From: Lama glama
Taxonomy: Eukaryota
Direction: 5' to 3'
Length of the DNA stretch: 64,000 bases
Assembly (NCBI GenBank): GCA_028534125.1
Contig: CM052817.1
Span: 6,884,001 to 6,948,000 of the forward strand
In this document: positions 24,280-38,175 of the stretch, one piece after another
Position numbering within the stretch: position 1 is the stretch's first letter
How the letters are laid out: every line of letters begins with the position of its first letter
The notes under the pieces: generated by a model
What the model was told of the DNA's origin: nothing
Seen by the model: the letters and a program-made list of their open reading frames with translations, nothing else
The model's database searches: none
Translations under genes and position numbers: made by a program

Positions 24280-24692
24280 TGGACCCAACCCCACAGGTCT
24301 CACCCATTGCTGGTGCAACATGCCTCTTCCATGTTGTCACTGAAGAGGTTCAGCTCTGTGTCCCTGCATGTACAACTCAGGAGTTAACACCCTGTGGCAT
24401 TTTATTTGACTAGTGGGAAACGGGAGTCTAAGGATGATTTTGTCTTCTAGCTCTCTTCAGGTGAACTGCTCTATGAAACGACAGTTCATATGACCTCTGG
24501 GAAGATGGCCCCAGATACAAGCAATTGATTGAACTTGGCAATGAGTAGTGACCAGCTTGATAACACTCCCTGCTACCCTACCTCACTCGCTCTTTGCTCA
24601 ATATCTCTTTCCTTGATGTTGCATGCTTTTATGAAATAATTGCTGTAAACTTTCACCTCAATTTTCGATTTCTGGGTATCCTAACCAAAGAT
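24280..24692 (+). mobile_element. ERVL LTR relic (LTR16-like)
   Basis: Ends with ...cctcaattttcgatttctgggtatcctaaccaaagata, similar to LTR16-family 3' ends. Confidence 0.55.
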
Positions 24693-25818
24693 AAATGAGA
24701 AGATTGATGCTCAAAAAATGAAGTAACATTCCGGGAATTAGTGGGGAAAAAAGTAGTAAAACTGAGATTTTACTTTATCTTTAAAAAAAAAAAATTCAAG
24801 AATTATTTCCTTCTAAAATTACAAGCCTTCCCACTGCATCACAGTCTTTGTGGCTTTAGAGAAAATGCAACTTTTCTGAACTTTCTCAATTTAATTTTGA
24901 GATTTTGAACTTTTATTTGAGCTTTCTTCAAAAACACATTTCCTAATAAGAACATGGAACATAATGAGATTTTGAAGTTCTTTGCATCTGCTTCACGCAG
25001 TTGGGTCAGAACAGAAGCTCCTTAAATCTTTGGGAGAGAGAGAACAATTAGGCTGTCATCGTAACCTCTTGGTGTCAAAGGGAAGTTTGATTCTATTGTT
25101 AAGTGTGCTGTTTTTGGTGTTAACAGCTAAACATTAAAGAGTTCTGTCCTCACTGCTAGAGGCTTATTAGTATTAAATTCTTTCTAGCCTACCTAATCAT
25201 AAGCAGCTTAAACGAAGGGGGAGGAGGGGACACCAGTGTTTCCAAATCTGAACGAAATCTGCTGTTTCAAGCAAGAAGACATGGTGATGACATTTCTCAA
25301 AGGAATGTTCCACCCAGCAGTGAAATGATGCCACAGATAATACGCATCAGCAACCACCTGGACCTCGACGAGTTATCTTGAAGAGAAAAATAAAAGTTAG
25401 GGGAAAAAAAACCCTCAAATTATTGAAAAGAAGCAACAGACAAAATGATATGAAGTACATCTCTTGGGTTTTCCACTCCTGAACTAAGCCCTTCTCTGTT
25501 CAGTATGAGGTCAGGCCAAGGAGCTACAATGAGTTGTTTCCAAAGTCCTCATGTTCTCATTGTGCAAAGTCATCATTCTAACGTCAAGGGGAACAGAGAA
25601 CACTAATCAACAGAGAGCACTAACTGCATTAAGTTTAATATGTGTGCGTGTCTGCGTGAGTTCGCACAGATGTGTGTATGTGAGTATATGCATGTCTGTG
25701 AGTGTATATGTATATATGTGCGATCATACACAATTAATTACAACATGTCAGTATAAAGTTTTGGAACACTATAGTTTCTCAGTTGCTCGTCAAGTGATTG
25801 GTCTATGAGCAATTAGCC

Positions 25819-26710
25819 TTTTTTTTATTTGAAGTACAGTCAATGTCTGTTGTACAGCACAATGTCCCAGTCATACATATACATGCATATATTCATTCTC
25901 ATATTCTTTTTCATTAAATGTTGTTATAAGACATTGAATATAGTTCCCTGTGCTATACAGATTAAATTTGGTTTTTATCTATTTTTCTGTATAGTAGTTA
26001 ATATTTGCAAATCTAAAACTCCCAAATTTGTCCCTTCCCATCCCCTTTCCCCTGGTAACCATAAGATTGTTGACTATGTCTGTGAGTCTGTTTCTGTTTT
26101 GTAGATGAGTTCATGTTTTTTTTAAGATTTTTACATATGAGTGATATCATATAGTATTTGTCTTTCTCTTGCTGGCTTACTTCACTTAGAATGATGATCT
26201 CTAGGTCCATCCATGTTGCTGCAAATGACTTTTTTATGGCTGAGTAGTATTCCATTGTATAAATATGTCATAACTTCTTTATCCAGTACTCTGTTGATGG
26301 ACATTTAGGTTGTTTCCATGTCTTGGCTATTGTATATAGTGCTGCTATGAACATTGGAGTGCATGCATCTTTTTGAACTAGGGTTCCCTTCAGATATATT
26401 CCCAGGAGTGGGGTTACTGAATCATATGGTAAGTCTATTTTTAGTTTTTTTGAGGAATCCCTATACTGTTTTCCATAATGGCTGTACCAAATTACATACC
26501 CACCAACAGTGTAGAAGGGTTCTTTTTTCTCCACACCCTCTCCAGTAATTACCATTTGTGGACTTTTTAATAGTGGCCATTCTGACTGTAGTTTTACTTT
26601 GCATTTCTCTAATAATTAGCAATATTGAGCATTTTTCACATGCCTCTTGGCCACTTGTATGTCTTCATTGGGAAATTGCTTGTTTAGGTCTTCTGCCCCT
26701 TTTTGGAAAG
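25819..26710 (-). mobile_element. 5'-truncated LINE-1
   Basis: Translations [24 protein letters not shown] and MEYYSAIKK...WMDLEIIILSEVSQ; T-tail at 25819. Confidence 0.93.
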
Positions 26711-29700
26711 GGTTGTTTTAGGGCAAGCAACATGCCTGGCTTATTCCTCAATTTTCTCATTTATAAAACAATGACAGCTGGTCCATGTGATGTCTGTATT
26801 GTTTCCCAGTCCTGAAATGCATTTCAGAACATGGTTTGCAAAGTAAAGACATATCTACTCAACAGGAGAAACACATTGGAGCACTCCTCAGTACCCAGTG
26901 TGTAATTAATATTCTTTCCAGTGCAATTCAACCAGATTAATCAAAGAATAGGATTTTTACTAGCTCACATCGCTGAAAAAAAATGTGGTGGATCTGACCT
27001 CAGGCCCAGGTGGTTGTGTTGTGGCTCTGCCTTCTCATAGCTGTGCCCTTTTCTCCATACTAAGCACTTATCCTCCTGCTGCAGGTTGATATTTTTTTAC
27101 ATGTTAGAGAATGTGGCCAAATACTGCCCCAAATTCACATCTTTTCATAATCATCAAACTTGAGAGGCTTTTAGAACTGCTGTTGAAAAGTCTCCATGGT
27201 AGATTAGGATTGACCTGACTTAGGACGCATGTCAGTTCCTGAAGCAATTACTCAGGGTGTGTGGTCCACGCTCCATGATAGTCATGGAAGCCAGACAAAT
27301 CAGTCATTAACACAGATTAACACAGATTTACTCCCATATACTTCAAGTAAGTGGCCCCTTATGCTTAATCCAAAAAAAAAAAATTGACTATATTATTTGC
27401 AAATAAGAGAGCTGATGCTTCTGGAGTGACAGAGACTGCTGCTGGCCCGAGATGTGCCCTCCGGACCCGCCAGCGCCAGGGTGTGTGGCCACGGGCGGCT
27501 GGGCTGGTGCTTTGGGAGCACCTCAGACTTTCAGTGGCTGAACAGAAGGGGATCCTCCTCAGCTGAGTGAGGTCTCACCCCTCCACGTGATTTTCAATGA
27601 GTGTAAATAATTTTAAATAACTTCCGGCCTTTGGAATGAAGTTCTATTTTCTGTAAAAAAAAAAAAAAAAAAAAAGACATCTTGTCTTGAAGACTTATCT
27701 TCTACCAATTATACCTAGCTGTGTCCTTCTCCATCCACATCTCCAGACTTCTTTCACAAAAACTATTAAAACAATGCATTAAAAACATAATATAATAACT
27801 AGCACATCTCTCTGGTTACATTATTTTCCCCAGTGCTGGAACAGGAAATTCTCTTCTAAGCTCCCGCAGCACCCTAGAATTTCCTCTATTATTACACTTG
27901 CTACCACATGGAGTACATTTTATTTCCTGACTCTTTTAGACTCTTGAATAAATCAAGTATATTTTGGCTGAAATGACAGAAATTGAACCTGATGTATTTT
28001 ATTAAAAAAGGAAAACGTATTGGACCCCAAGGATCTTAAGAACTCCAGAAATGTAGAGATCTCTCCATGGATCTTTTGCATGTCTTTGCATGTCTGTTTC
28101 ATGTTCTGTTTTTTTTTTTTCCCCAGACATGTTGGAATGTAGGACTACTGCTGGCCCTCAAGCCAACCTCCATGTAGCTGTCACTACTGAAAAAGGCTTC
28201 ACTCTCTGTCTTTGAAAATTGCTAACAGATCTTTGGGTCAGATGATAAGACGCCCACCCCTGTGCCAACAAGTATGGCCAGTGAGGTCGTGATCCTACAG
28301 AAAAGACATGTCTGTTGGGGGTTCTTTGCCTTGCATTTAAAACATTAGCTGACATATAATATACACTCGGTATAAGAATTATTCAAAGGTGACATTATCA
28401 CACTGATACTACGTAGAGCTTAAACAGTGAAAAAAGCTTCCCATTTCAGACCAATTGAATAGTTCCCAGTTGGTATAAACATTGGCTTCTCTTTCCTTTG
28501 GAGGATCCTTAGGAAAAATTGACTTTTACAGACTTCAGCTCCTTGAACTTTTCATCTGTATAAAAAAGATATTTATATTATGAATATGTGGGCTAAAGGT
28601 CCAATCTGTGATTAATAGCCCGGAGCTTTCTGCTGGGTTAATACTGTAATTATTAAGCCTTTTTTTTCCCTGATATTTTTCTCCATAGCCAAAAAAGAGT
28701 TTAAGAAATTAAAGGCCAGCTTGGATATGGAAACACAACCATGACTACAGGGCAAAATTAATTCTTGTCATAATATACATGGGTAGTTATTAATAACAAG
28801 GACTTGCAATGCTTTGGTCTAAATTATCATGGCTATAAAATTAAAATTTACAGATTACTTTCCATTAACATTAAGATACCACGAATAAAAGACAAAGTTT
28901 GTAATAATTAGAACAGGTTTCATATTTTTGCCCTGCTCTCAACTTGTTACATTTTCCAAAGGAATAATGGGAAAGCAACATATATTTTCTTCTGTTTTAA
29001 TGTGTATATAAACATAGGGCCAGTTTTCCTGTATTAAAAGACATTATTTTTCCAGCCTTAACCAGCAGTGATTCCAAAATTTCCTTATAGGAAGAGCTAA
29101 GAGGAGGTATGTGGTAAGACCAAGATTTGAGGAATTTGTCTTGAAGTGCCGTTTGTGTATCAAGCACATTGTTGAACTTTAGAGTCCGAGTTACAGATAA
29201 AAAAAAGTCAAAGTATTCAAATTATTTCTCTGTGAACTCTACTCATTGTTAATAAATTATTAACTCTTCCTATCAGAGTATAAGTACATTAAGGGGAGTT
29301 TCTGGAAGGGCTAAAGGACATTTGAGGGGCAAGGCTCAAGCCCCATTGCCTTCCTCAGGACCATATACCACTTCAGCTACTGCTCCAAATTTCTGGGCTC
29401 CATCCCAATGAAATTTTGGGAAAGAGTTGTTACATTTCCAATTCTCATTTCTTTCTCATTTCAGGACAGTGATGCCTTTTCCAGATAAAGCATCCTGTTA
29501 CCTTATCAATTTCATTAAACTTGTAGCCTTTGAACTAGACCTTGAAGAACAGGTAAAATTTCTCTTGGAAAAGAAGTGAGAGCAGACCAACCAGAGAGTG
29601 CTATTCCTGAATATATAAACATGGAATCTGGATGCCTCTGACAAGGGTCAGGAACAAGGTAGATTTGGGTGTGGTATGAATTAATTCGCTAACTCAATAT

Positions 29701-29892
29701 ATGTGTAGATAGGTACCATGATTAGATACTGGAAGTACAGCAAGGGATTAGACGCGGTCCTGCTCTCATGATGTTCAGAGACAGTAATGGTCTCTGAAGT
29801 ATAGATGCAGCAGACATCAGGGGCAGATTAATTCACTATTGTAAAGGGTCTTCAACAACATACAAAGGAGTTGGTGTTTTATCTTGTCACTA

Positions 29893-30141
29893 CTAATAAC
29901 AACACTTTTTTAACACTCATCACATGCCAGGCGCTCTTCTAAGAGCTTTACATTTATTTGCTGTTTATTAATAATTGGAACAACCTTATGATATAGAGAG
30001 AAATTTATTTTCTTTGTTTTACTGATGAGGAAACTGAAGCATGGAATGGTTATTTAACTTGGCTAAGAATTCAGAGCTAATCGGAGGCAGAGTCAGGATT
30101 TGAGCCTAGGTATTCTGACTTCAGAGTCTACAGTCTTACCA
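29893..30141 (-). mobile_element. Near full-length MIR
   Basis: ttttactgatgaggaaactgaagca...ggcagagtcaggatttgagcctaggtattctgacttcagagtc. Confidence 0.85.
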
Positions 30142-32055
30142 TCTGTAATTACAAACATGAGGCTAAAGTGATGCTTTTTATATATGAAAAAAAGAAAAAA
30201 AACAAGGCTTAGAACTGCTAGGAAACACATGGGGAGATACAGTAGTATGTGTCAGAGCCTAGACTAGACTCCACAGTTTGCAAGTCCTTTGTTCCTTCTG
30301 CCCCACATAGAAGCTGTATTGGTATGGTAACCAATAGAAAGGTTTGGGAAATACATGAGACTAAATTAAGAGATATAAGTTTATACTACAAGAGGTGATA
30401 AGGCTGTTTTCTTTTGTGCTGCTCAGACCAGTAGAGAGAGGTGAAAGGGTGCAGCAACATTTGTCTCAGTCTCCAAATACTGAATTCAGCTGGGCTCTGA
30501 CGTTCATGGATTCAAAGGTGGAAATAGCTTGTTGTTGCTCCAAGTGGGTTCAGGCTTGGGCAGAAAGACACTGATTGATGAGGATGGCTTAGCATTTCCA
30601 TGTTCTTTTACTAAACAAGATGTGTAGGTTGTGTAGTCACACAGATCTCTTACCAAGAGCTGCCTTAGGGATACCGGCCAAGAATAGATCTCTTGTGAAA
30701 TTCATTCAGGGATAGGAGATATCAGTGACACCGACTCAGGATTTATTTCTCACTGAAAGGCAACTTGAGGTGATGTCACACATAGAAATTAGATCAGTTC
30801 AGTTCCATTCCCAGCATTGTTTCAATTGAACTTGATGCACAGAGAAAATTAACTCTGATTCAGAGCTATCTCCAGATGGAAGAGCTTTCCAGATGATCAC
30901 ATCCCACACAGTCCTGCCCTAATCCTATTCCAGTCACTCTCCTTACTGTCCCATCTATAAGGTACACTCATTCCAGATGACAAGACTCCACACATCTTTG
31001 GCCCCTTTCCTTCCCTGCAAGACCCTGAAACTCCCCCTTCCCTCTATCTATGCAGACTGGTGCAGAAAAAAGTAATGCTCAAAAATAAACTAGTTCATCA
31101 TTAAATGAAAGCAAAATATCATCTTTATTAATGGGGCATCATAGTTTGGAGGATGTAGTTCATTTGTCTTGGTGGGTAGACTCCCTGGTATTGGCCCCAA
31201 CTCCAAATTAGAAAGACTTACCTCCATCCACACATATCACTAGACACCTACAAACCTTTGCTCCTGAGGAGAGAGAATTGTACTATGTATGACAGAGAGG
31301 AACAGAAGAGAACTCAGACTCTTCCAAAAGGAAAAGGAGTTGTGCCAAGTATGCAGTTTATTATTTCCCAAATTACTCCAAGATTAGTCATTAGTTTCTC
31401 CACAATGTAGTGAGTAATGGAACAGAGAGGAGCTAGGAGTGTTTCATGGATTGATTGTACTCTGCAAGGAAGGAACCACGGAATCAGGGGAGCATTTCCC
31501 TTCTGCCTTCCTGCACACTTTGCTCTCTTGGTACTGTGTTTTCTTTGCCCAGTGAGGGGAGCAAAAGCTTGACAAGCGAGTTCTTCACTGACCATGTGTT
31601 CCCTCCTCCGGTGCTGACACTGCCTCTTGGAGGAAACTTCAAGAGTACTGTGAGCACGGCTAACTTCCCCCAACATCCCATGCCCAAAGAATCTAAAGTG
31701 AGTCAGAAGACCACATTAGTTAAATCAACTCTGAGGCTGAAAATGTTATCTCTAGTTGATTTTCTAGTCTCCATTTCTCTCAACAACATTGCCCACCACA
31801 GTCTATTACCAGATCTGTTTTGAGCTTGATTGATAACATAATTATACTCCAGTTACAAAATGTCAATAAAGAGATGACCCAAATTTGAGTATAAACACTC
31901 TTCTACTGTGATACTACTGGGGAAATATTAAAACAGGGAAGTTAAATTCTTTCATAAGTTAAAATCGAAATATATTAAATTTCCATAGAATTAAGGTCCC
32001 GAATCAATTTTCCTTATGCTTGTGATTTAAAATTCCAAAGATTATAAAGTATTCC

Positions 32056-32114
<59 letters not shown>
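32056..32114. repeat. (TTTA)n microsatellite
   Basis: Read directly from the sequence. Confidence 0.97.
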
Positions 32115-34329
32115 TGTCTATTCAGTCTCAGTTGGAAGTGTTCTCAACATACTGGTAGAGACAGGGTTCTTTTAGAACATGAAGATTGGGTTCTTTCTTG
32201 TGGGAAGGAAGTACATCTCCGTCTCCACGGCCTCAGAACTGCAGAACTGAATTTGTTCAACACTGAGTCTTGGATGTTCCTCATTATTTTAAAGATTGCC
32301 AGGAGTTGTGAAAAACAAGATGATCACAGTGCTGGCATCATATCCTCAGAATTGGAAAAACAAAGCAATCCCTGCTCCTGAAAGAGTCATCTCAAACAAA
32401 ATTGTTTTTAAGCCAATATTTTGTGTTGCCAAAGGCCACCGCAGAGACTTACGATTATCCTGAAGGAAGCTGGCTATCTTGGTTGGGGTCTTGCTGAGAA
32501 TCCAGATAGTTTATGCCAATTTTCTGATACCTAAGACTTGGAATTAAAACTCGGGTGGGAAACTCTCTCAGCAAGACGTTAGTTTTGGCACTACATACTG
32601 TATCAATAAAATCCACTTATGAATAAGCCTGGTAGCTTAGAATAGCTTTTGCCTTGTTTTCCCACATCTGCATGGAGCCTCATGACTCAGGCAAATAGTG
32701 CTTAACTGAATCAGGGCCCTACAAAGTAACACGAAATCCACCACACTCTCTTATGAGAAGGCATTTTCTGTCCTGCAATACTGGGGCTGTTGCTCCTTCA
32801 TTTATATTTGGAGGGTTTAAAACATTTTATTTTTATTTTATTTTTTACTTCTTTTTGGCTTCTTAGAGAGGATTTCCTCCTGTAGGAATAATTAAGCAGT
32901 ACAAAGTCAGCTTTACACCAGATGGTGGTGAGAACTGGAGGGTGAATGGCTTGGCGCTTGACCCTGTGAAGAAACCTGGGCTAGTTCCAGCCCTGAAGTT
33001 TCCCTCCTTGCCCTTGAATCCTAACTGAAATTGGGGGCAGCTAATGCAGTTTCCAATGTAGGGCTGGTGCTGACAATTTAAAGTTAGAAATTCCTCTGTG
33101 CCCTGTCACAATTCACAATTCAATTTGATCAAACACAGCACATATTCATGTAGCCACTGATGCTGGAAAGTTCTGTAGTGACAATTTGTTGTCTCCAATC
33201 AAATTCTTGCTTCTGTTTCCTCCTTATAGCAAAACCTCTGGGGGCAGTCACCATGATCCCGACTCTCCACAAGCATAGACTGAATACAGGGCAAGGCTGA
33301 GGTTCTAGAACCTGCATCCTGAGGCAAGCCACACATTTGTTGGGGTTTGAGAAGAACCCTGCACATGTGTTGGGTCATTACAGTCACTCCCACCAAAAGC
33401 CGCAGTAACTAGCTGAGGTCAAAATACTGCAAAATTTCAACATCACACACCCAAGCCACACATTCATGAAACCAGTTCTACAACTGAAAAATCAGCTGTT
33501 GTGCAATGCAGGCTGCAAATCACTAGGATTTAAAAGAAAAATCAACATGGTCTATGCTTAGGAAATGACTAACAAAGCTTAGAGCCATCTGTTCAAACCA
33601 TGCCCAAAGCCGAAATCATCCCATGCATAATTTGTTCTACGAACTTTTACACCTTGCTCATTTCTCAAGGTCCATAGCTCACACATTAGATTTACTTGAA
33701 AGGAGCTAAATCAACAAGATTCCTCTTGACTGAGACCTTGGTCATGAGCTAACTGAGGAATAAATAGCAAATAGGAGCCAAAGTATTCCCCTTATGCATG
33801 AGAAAGAGTAGATTGGAGGATTAAGTTTACATGTGTGGGCAGTTGGACTTACTAACAGGAAACATCAGAATTAGCTACACACTGATCACCCTGCAAGGAA
33901 GCAGATTCTGTAAAAGTTACAACGTGGAGGAACAAGGAAGAGTGTGTCCTTTTGCAGCAGCTCCTCCTCAAGAGGATAAAGAGAGGAACTAAGCTAAGCA
34001 TGCCAAGTTTCAGTGAGAAAAGTGAGTTCCCCAGCCTCAGAATAGAAAGAGTTGAAGGCAGGCATCTGTGTACATCTGCACGGACTGCATTATTCCATTG
34101 AGTCTATTTAAATAGAGTATCTTGTGAGTGGTGTCCCTAGATTTGTGCAGTGCACAAGGCGGACAACCACACCTCGGTCACTGGTAAAGAGGGCGAAAGA
34201 AGCCAGACCATTACATTATTTGAGCCTTCTTCAAAAGGAAAGAAACATCAGAAGTAGGAAAGAAATATTTTGCCGATATGAAGTGCCTAAGATATTTCTG
34301 AATACAAAGATCTCATTCTTTTTTGCATA

Positions 34330-34910
34330 CGATAAAATTAACTCATTTTATTTGTACAATTCAGTAAGTTTTGACAAATGTATACACAAATATAACCGCC
34401 ATTACAGTCAAGACATAGACTGTTTCCATCATCCCAGAAGATCCCATGTGCTCCTTTGCAGTCAATCTTTCCTACCCCTGGTCCCAGGCAACCACTGTTT
34501 CTTTTCTGTTATTAAGATTAATTTTGCTCACCTTAGAATTTCACGTAAATGGGAAGCATACAATATGCCCTCTTTTGTATTGGGCTTCTTTTGTTTGGCA
34601 TCTTTTTAAAATTTATCCATGTTGCTTTATGTATCCAAAGTTTGTTCCTTTTTATTGCTAAAGAGTATTCCATTGTATGGATATGCCACAAAATGTTGAT
34701 CTGTTTACCTGCTGATGGGATTTTGGATTGTTTCCAGTTTGGGGCTATTATGAGTAAAGCTGCTGTGAACATTGGTGTCTATCTTTTGGAGAGCACATAT
34801 GTTCATTTTTTTTTTTTGCGGAAATGCCTAGGAAAGTATTTGTTTAAAAGAAATCATGAACTTTCTTTCCAAAGCAGTTGTACCATGTTACATTCTTATC
34901 ATCCATCTAT
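34330..34910 (-). mobile_element. Ancient L1 3' end (L1MC/ME-like)
   Basis: Translation MFTAALLIIAPNWKQSKIPSAG...WHIHTMEYSLAIKRNKL and tacaattcagtaagttttgacaaatgtatacac. Confidence 0.85.
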
Positions 34911-35869
34911 GAGAAAAAAAATCTCATTTTTGATTCATTATACAAAGCTTCCTTTATTCCTCACCATGTTTCTGTACAAGATAAAAGTAGGCTGTGTGTT
35001 GATTCACTTCTACTCAATTTCCTAATTTACTTGTGACTTTTCTAATTGTGCTCTCCGTCATGAGGATGTTGGACGTTAGCCAAGACAACTCAGTTGGACC
35101 ACCTCACTCTTGTCATGAATGGGATTCAACAGTAAGCGATTCCCACTCATTATTTTTTTCTGTTTCTCATAAATGCCCAGTGATCTGTGTTTTCCTAAGT
35201 TTGCTAACTCAACTGATTCTATATTTAACCAATATTATTGCTACATTTTTATTCTCCAATAACCTTCCTCCTGGTCTCCTCTCTTTCTTCCTTTATTCTT
35301 TCTCTTTCTCTCTCTCTCAGTGATAGATAGAAATGGACATAGCCAGATACATCACAATAGTATACCAATGGTTAGCAATCAATAATTACTTTAATGGTAG
35401 GGGTATTTTCTATTCATTTGGTGCATTTTAGTCCTGCACATTAATGTATAAGATTATAATGTACAATTTTTAACAAGCGTTGCAAATTTGGATTATGTGC
35501 CCTCTTGAAAGATGTAGAAAAAGTGCCTCAGAGAAAGCTAGTAGCTTGAGTTCACACAGCTAATGAGCAGTGTGGATCTGAAGCACACACCCCTGCTGCC
35601 CAGTGCTGCCTCACACGGCTGTGGAGTGTCAGGAAAGGAAGCCCAGGTACTATTTATGCCAATTTTTACAACTTATAGAAGGAAATTGAAGCCCATGCTA
35701 TAAAGATCAAGCATATGTTTAATATGTAATACATATCCACTTGCAAACTAGAGAAGACAGAAACCTTATATCAAATTCCTGGAAATATAGAGAGAAAACC
35801 CTTTGTCTGGAATTTCTGGTAGCAACTACTGCAACTTGGCAGAAGGTGCCTTAAGAAAATATCATTTAC

Positions 35870-36400
35870 TGCTATTCATTGCAATTTTTATGTGTCCACT
35901 CATCCATCCAACGCTTGGACTCTGGGTTAAGTATCAGCCATCTTGATGCAGTGCTGAGGACACGCCAGTGAAAGGGATAAAGAACTGAGTTTGGGTGAGA
36001 CCTGGAATTATAAGGCTAGCATTATAGATGTATAAGCTTATTGGAATGAGCGAGCTACTGGATGCGTTTTCAAAGCTCACCGGTTGCACATAGAGGAAAC
36101 TTTGATCTGCTTCAGTTGGGGGTTATGAACCTAGACGCTCAGAGAGGCTGGAAGAGACACCTTTGTTTGAGTTCAATTTGTAAGGTTTAGTGGGACCTTT
36201 CCTGCTGCAGCAATGAATGGATGGGGATTCTAGGATTAAGGCACATACTGCATAAATGCAAAGACACATGATGTTTTTTGAAGAAGAATATAATTTGTCA
36301 TTATTGGAATATAAAGGATTGGAAGGGATGGCTATGGGGTTAAAAAAGACAAGGAGATAGCAATTTTGGAAACCCATTTAGGAGGTAATTAGGACATTTT
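35870..36400 (-). mobile_element. L2 relic
   Basis: attcatt...catccatcc tail and a purine-rich body typical of L2. Confidence 0.45.
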
Positions 36401-36519
36401 GTAGGATTCAAGCCAGGAAAATTTTATGATTATATATGGCTTGCCATTTGCTGCCTATGTATCTAATATTTCTGACAACGTAGATTACATGACCTTAAAC
36501 AAAATTAAAATAAAAAAAA

Positions 36520-36760
36520 TAAAGATAGCACTTTACTAAGTACTGGGACCTGCGCCCAAGCCTTTGCACATGGTGCCTCTTTTAATCTTTAAGGCAACTC
36601 TGTGAAGGAGGGGCTGTTGTCATGCTGATGGTATGAAGAGTTACCTAGGCCCAGAGGAATCAACGACTTCTATCCTAACATTTAATAATGTTAGGGCCAA
36701 GTTCAGATTGAAGGCTCCTCAGGCTCCAAAGCCCCAGTTCTCAAAATCTACACTCCATCT
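36520..36760 (-). mobile_element. MIR relic
   Basis: tttaatctttaaggcaactctgtgaagg...ggctccaaagccc. Confidence 0.55.
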
Positions 36761-37153
36761 GCATTTGTAAATTCTGAACTCCCTTATCTTGTCTGAAAGC
36801 AAGACAGTTTACATCAAGATGGGAGGGGGAAGAAAGCTGTTCGTAGTTGGAGGAGTCAATTGATGCTGTCAAAGACATCCTGGAACCAAGACCAAAGAAC
36901 TGAGTAAAAGAAAACACTGGTCAGACATCAAAATCCAGGTACAGGTGAGCATCCAGCTGGAGTCAGTTCTGGAGACACTGAGGGAGGACGGTGCCAGCCA
37001 GAGTCCTAGATGGAGGGCAAGAACCAGCGTCCAGTTCAGGAGGCAACCTGCTTAAGGCTCAGGGTAGTGAGACCAGATATGTGCGAAAAGACTTAGATAT
37101 TGACTAAGTTAATTGAGCAGATAGTGTGTACCTATAATAAGACTGAATAATAA

Positions 37154-37636
37154 TGTGAACGAAAAATATTGCAAACCATATCAATAAACAAAGAATGCTG
37201 AAGCCATCAAGTCATCAGCGGCTGCCGCCACCCCCCAGTGAAGACAAGCCTGCAGCCCAGCCTCTGTAGCCACTCACGGTGGTGCCCTCTGAGGGGACTC
37301 AGAATAAGAAAGGACAGGACACTGGCCCTAGATAGCCAGGGGCTTGCCAAAGGAATGAATTCAGTGAGCCCAAATGTTTGTTTCCTCCCATACAGAGAAA
37401 AGCGCTAAATTCTTTAACTTGAGATGCCTGGTTTTCTTTAGTTAACCAGTCATCTTTTATTGTTCCAACTACTTGGTCTTTGTTGTAAAGCTCCTATATA
37501 GCCTATCTCCTCCGCTACCTCTTTGGAGCCATCCCTCAGAGCCACCTGAGAGGCTGTCATCCCGGCTCGAGTCCTCCTGCTGAATGAAACAAACGTCATT
37601 TTCAACTTTTGGTCTGCACACTTATTTCAGTCGACA
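37154..37636 (+). mobile_element. Solo ERV1-type LTR
   Basis: TGTGAAC...GTCGACA termini, ATAA on both flanks (4-bp TSD in a repetitive context), and TATA-like cctatata at about 37493. Confidence 0.85.
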
Positions 37637-37659
37637 ATAATAACAATAATAGTGCTAAT

Positions 37660-38040
37660 AATCATATGAAGCTAGTAGATTATAATGAAAGCAGAGACCC
37701 TGGAAAGAGATCGTCTGGGTTCACTTTGCAGCTTTGTCACCTAGCTCTGTGACTTTGGGCTGGTTAATCACTGTTTGTCTAGTTTTCTGATGAGTAAAAT
37801 GGGATTAACAATAATGCTTACATTTAAAGGGTTGTTCTGAAGATTAAAGAAGATAATATGTACATATAAAGCATTTATTATAGCAGCTGACACATCCCAT
37901 AGTGCGTGCTATCATCATTCTTAAAATAACTTTAATGTAAGAAAACTGAGGCACAGAGACTCTGTGTTACTTTCCCAAGATTAAACAGCTAATAAGTGAT
38001 AGAGGTAGGATTTGAATTAAGAGTGTTCCATAATCCCTGC
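37660..38040. mobile_element. Two MIR relics
   Basis: ctagctctgtgactttggg...gtaaaatgggattaacaata (+) and gaaaactgaggcacagaga...cacagctaataagtgatagaggtaggatttgaa-like (-). Confidence 0.75.
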
Positions 38041-38175
38041 ATTTATCTATTATTCACTCAATGCTGCTTCTTTCAATAGGGTATGACTTGGGATTCTTTC
38101 TTAAAATAATCAAATACTGGTTTATAAAACATGACAGTCATAGTTGTATTATCAAATAATATTAGCCAATGACTG

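Noticed and set aside
34124..35025. 161-aa and 158-aa plus-strand ORFs
   Set aside because: Largely antisense to an ancient L1 3' end; no domain recognised.
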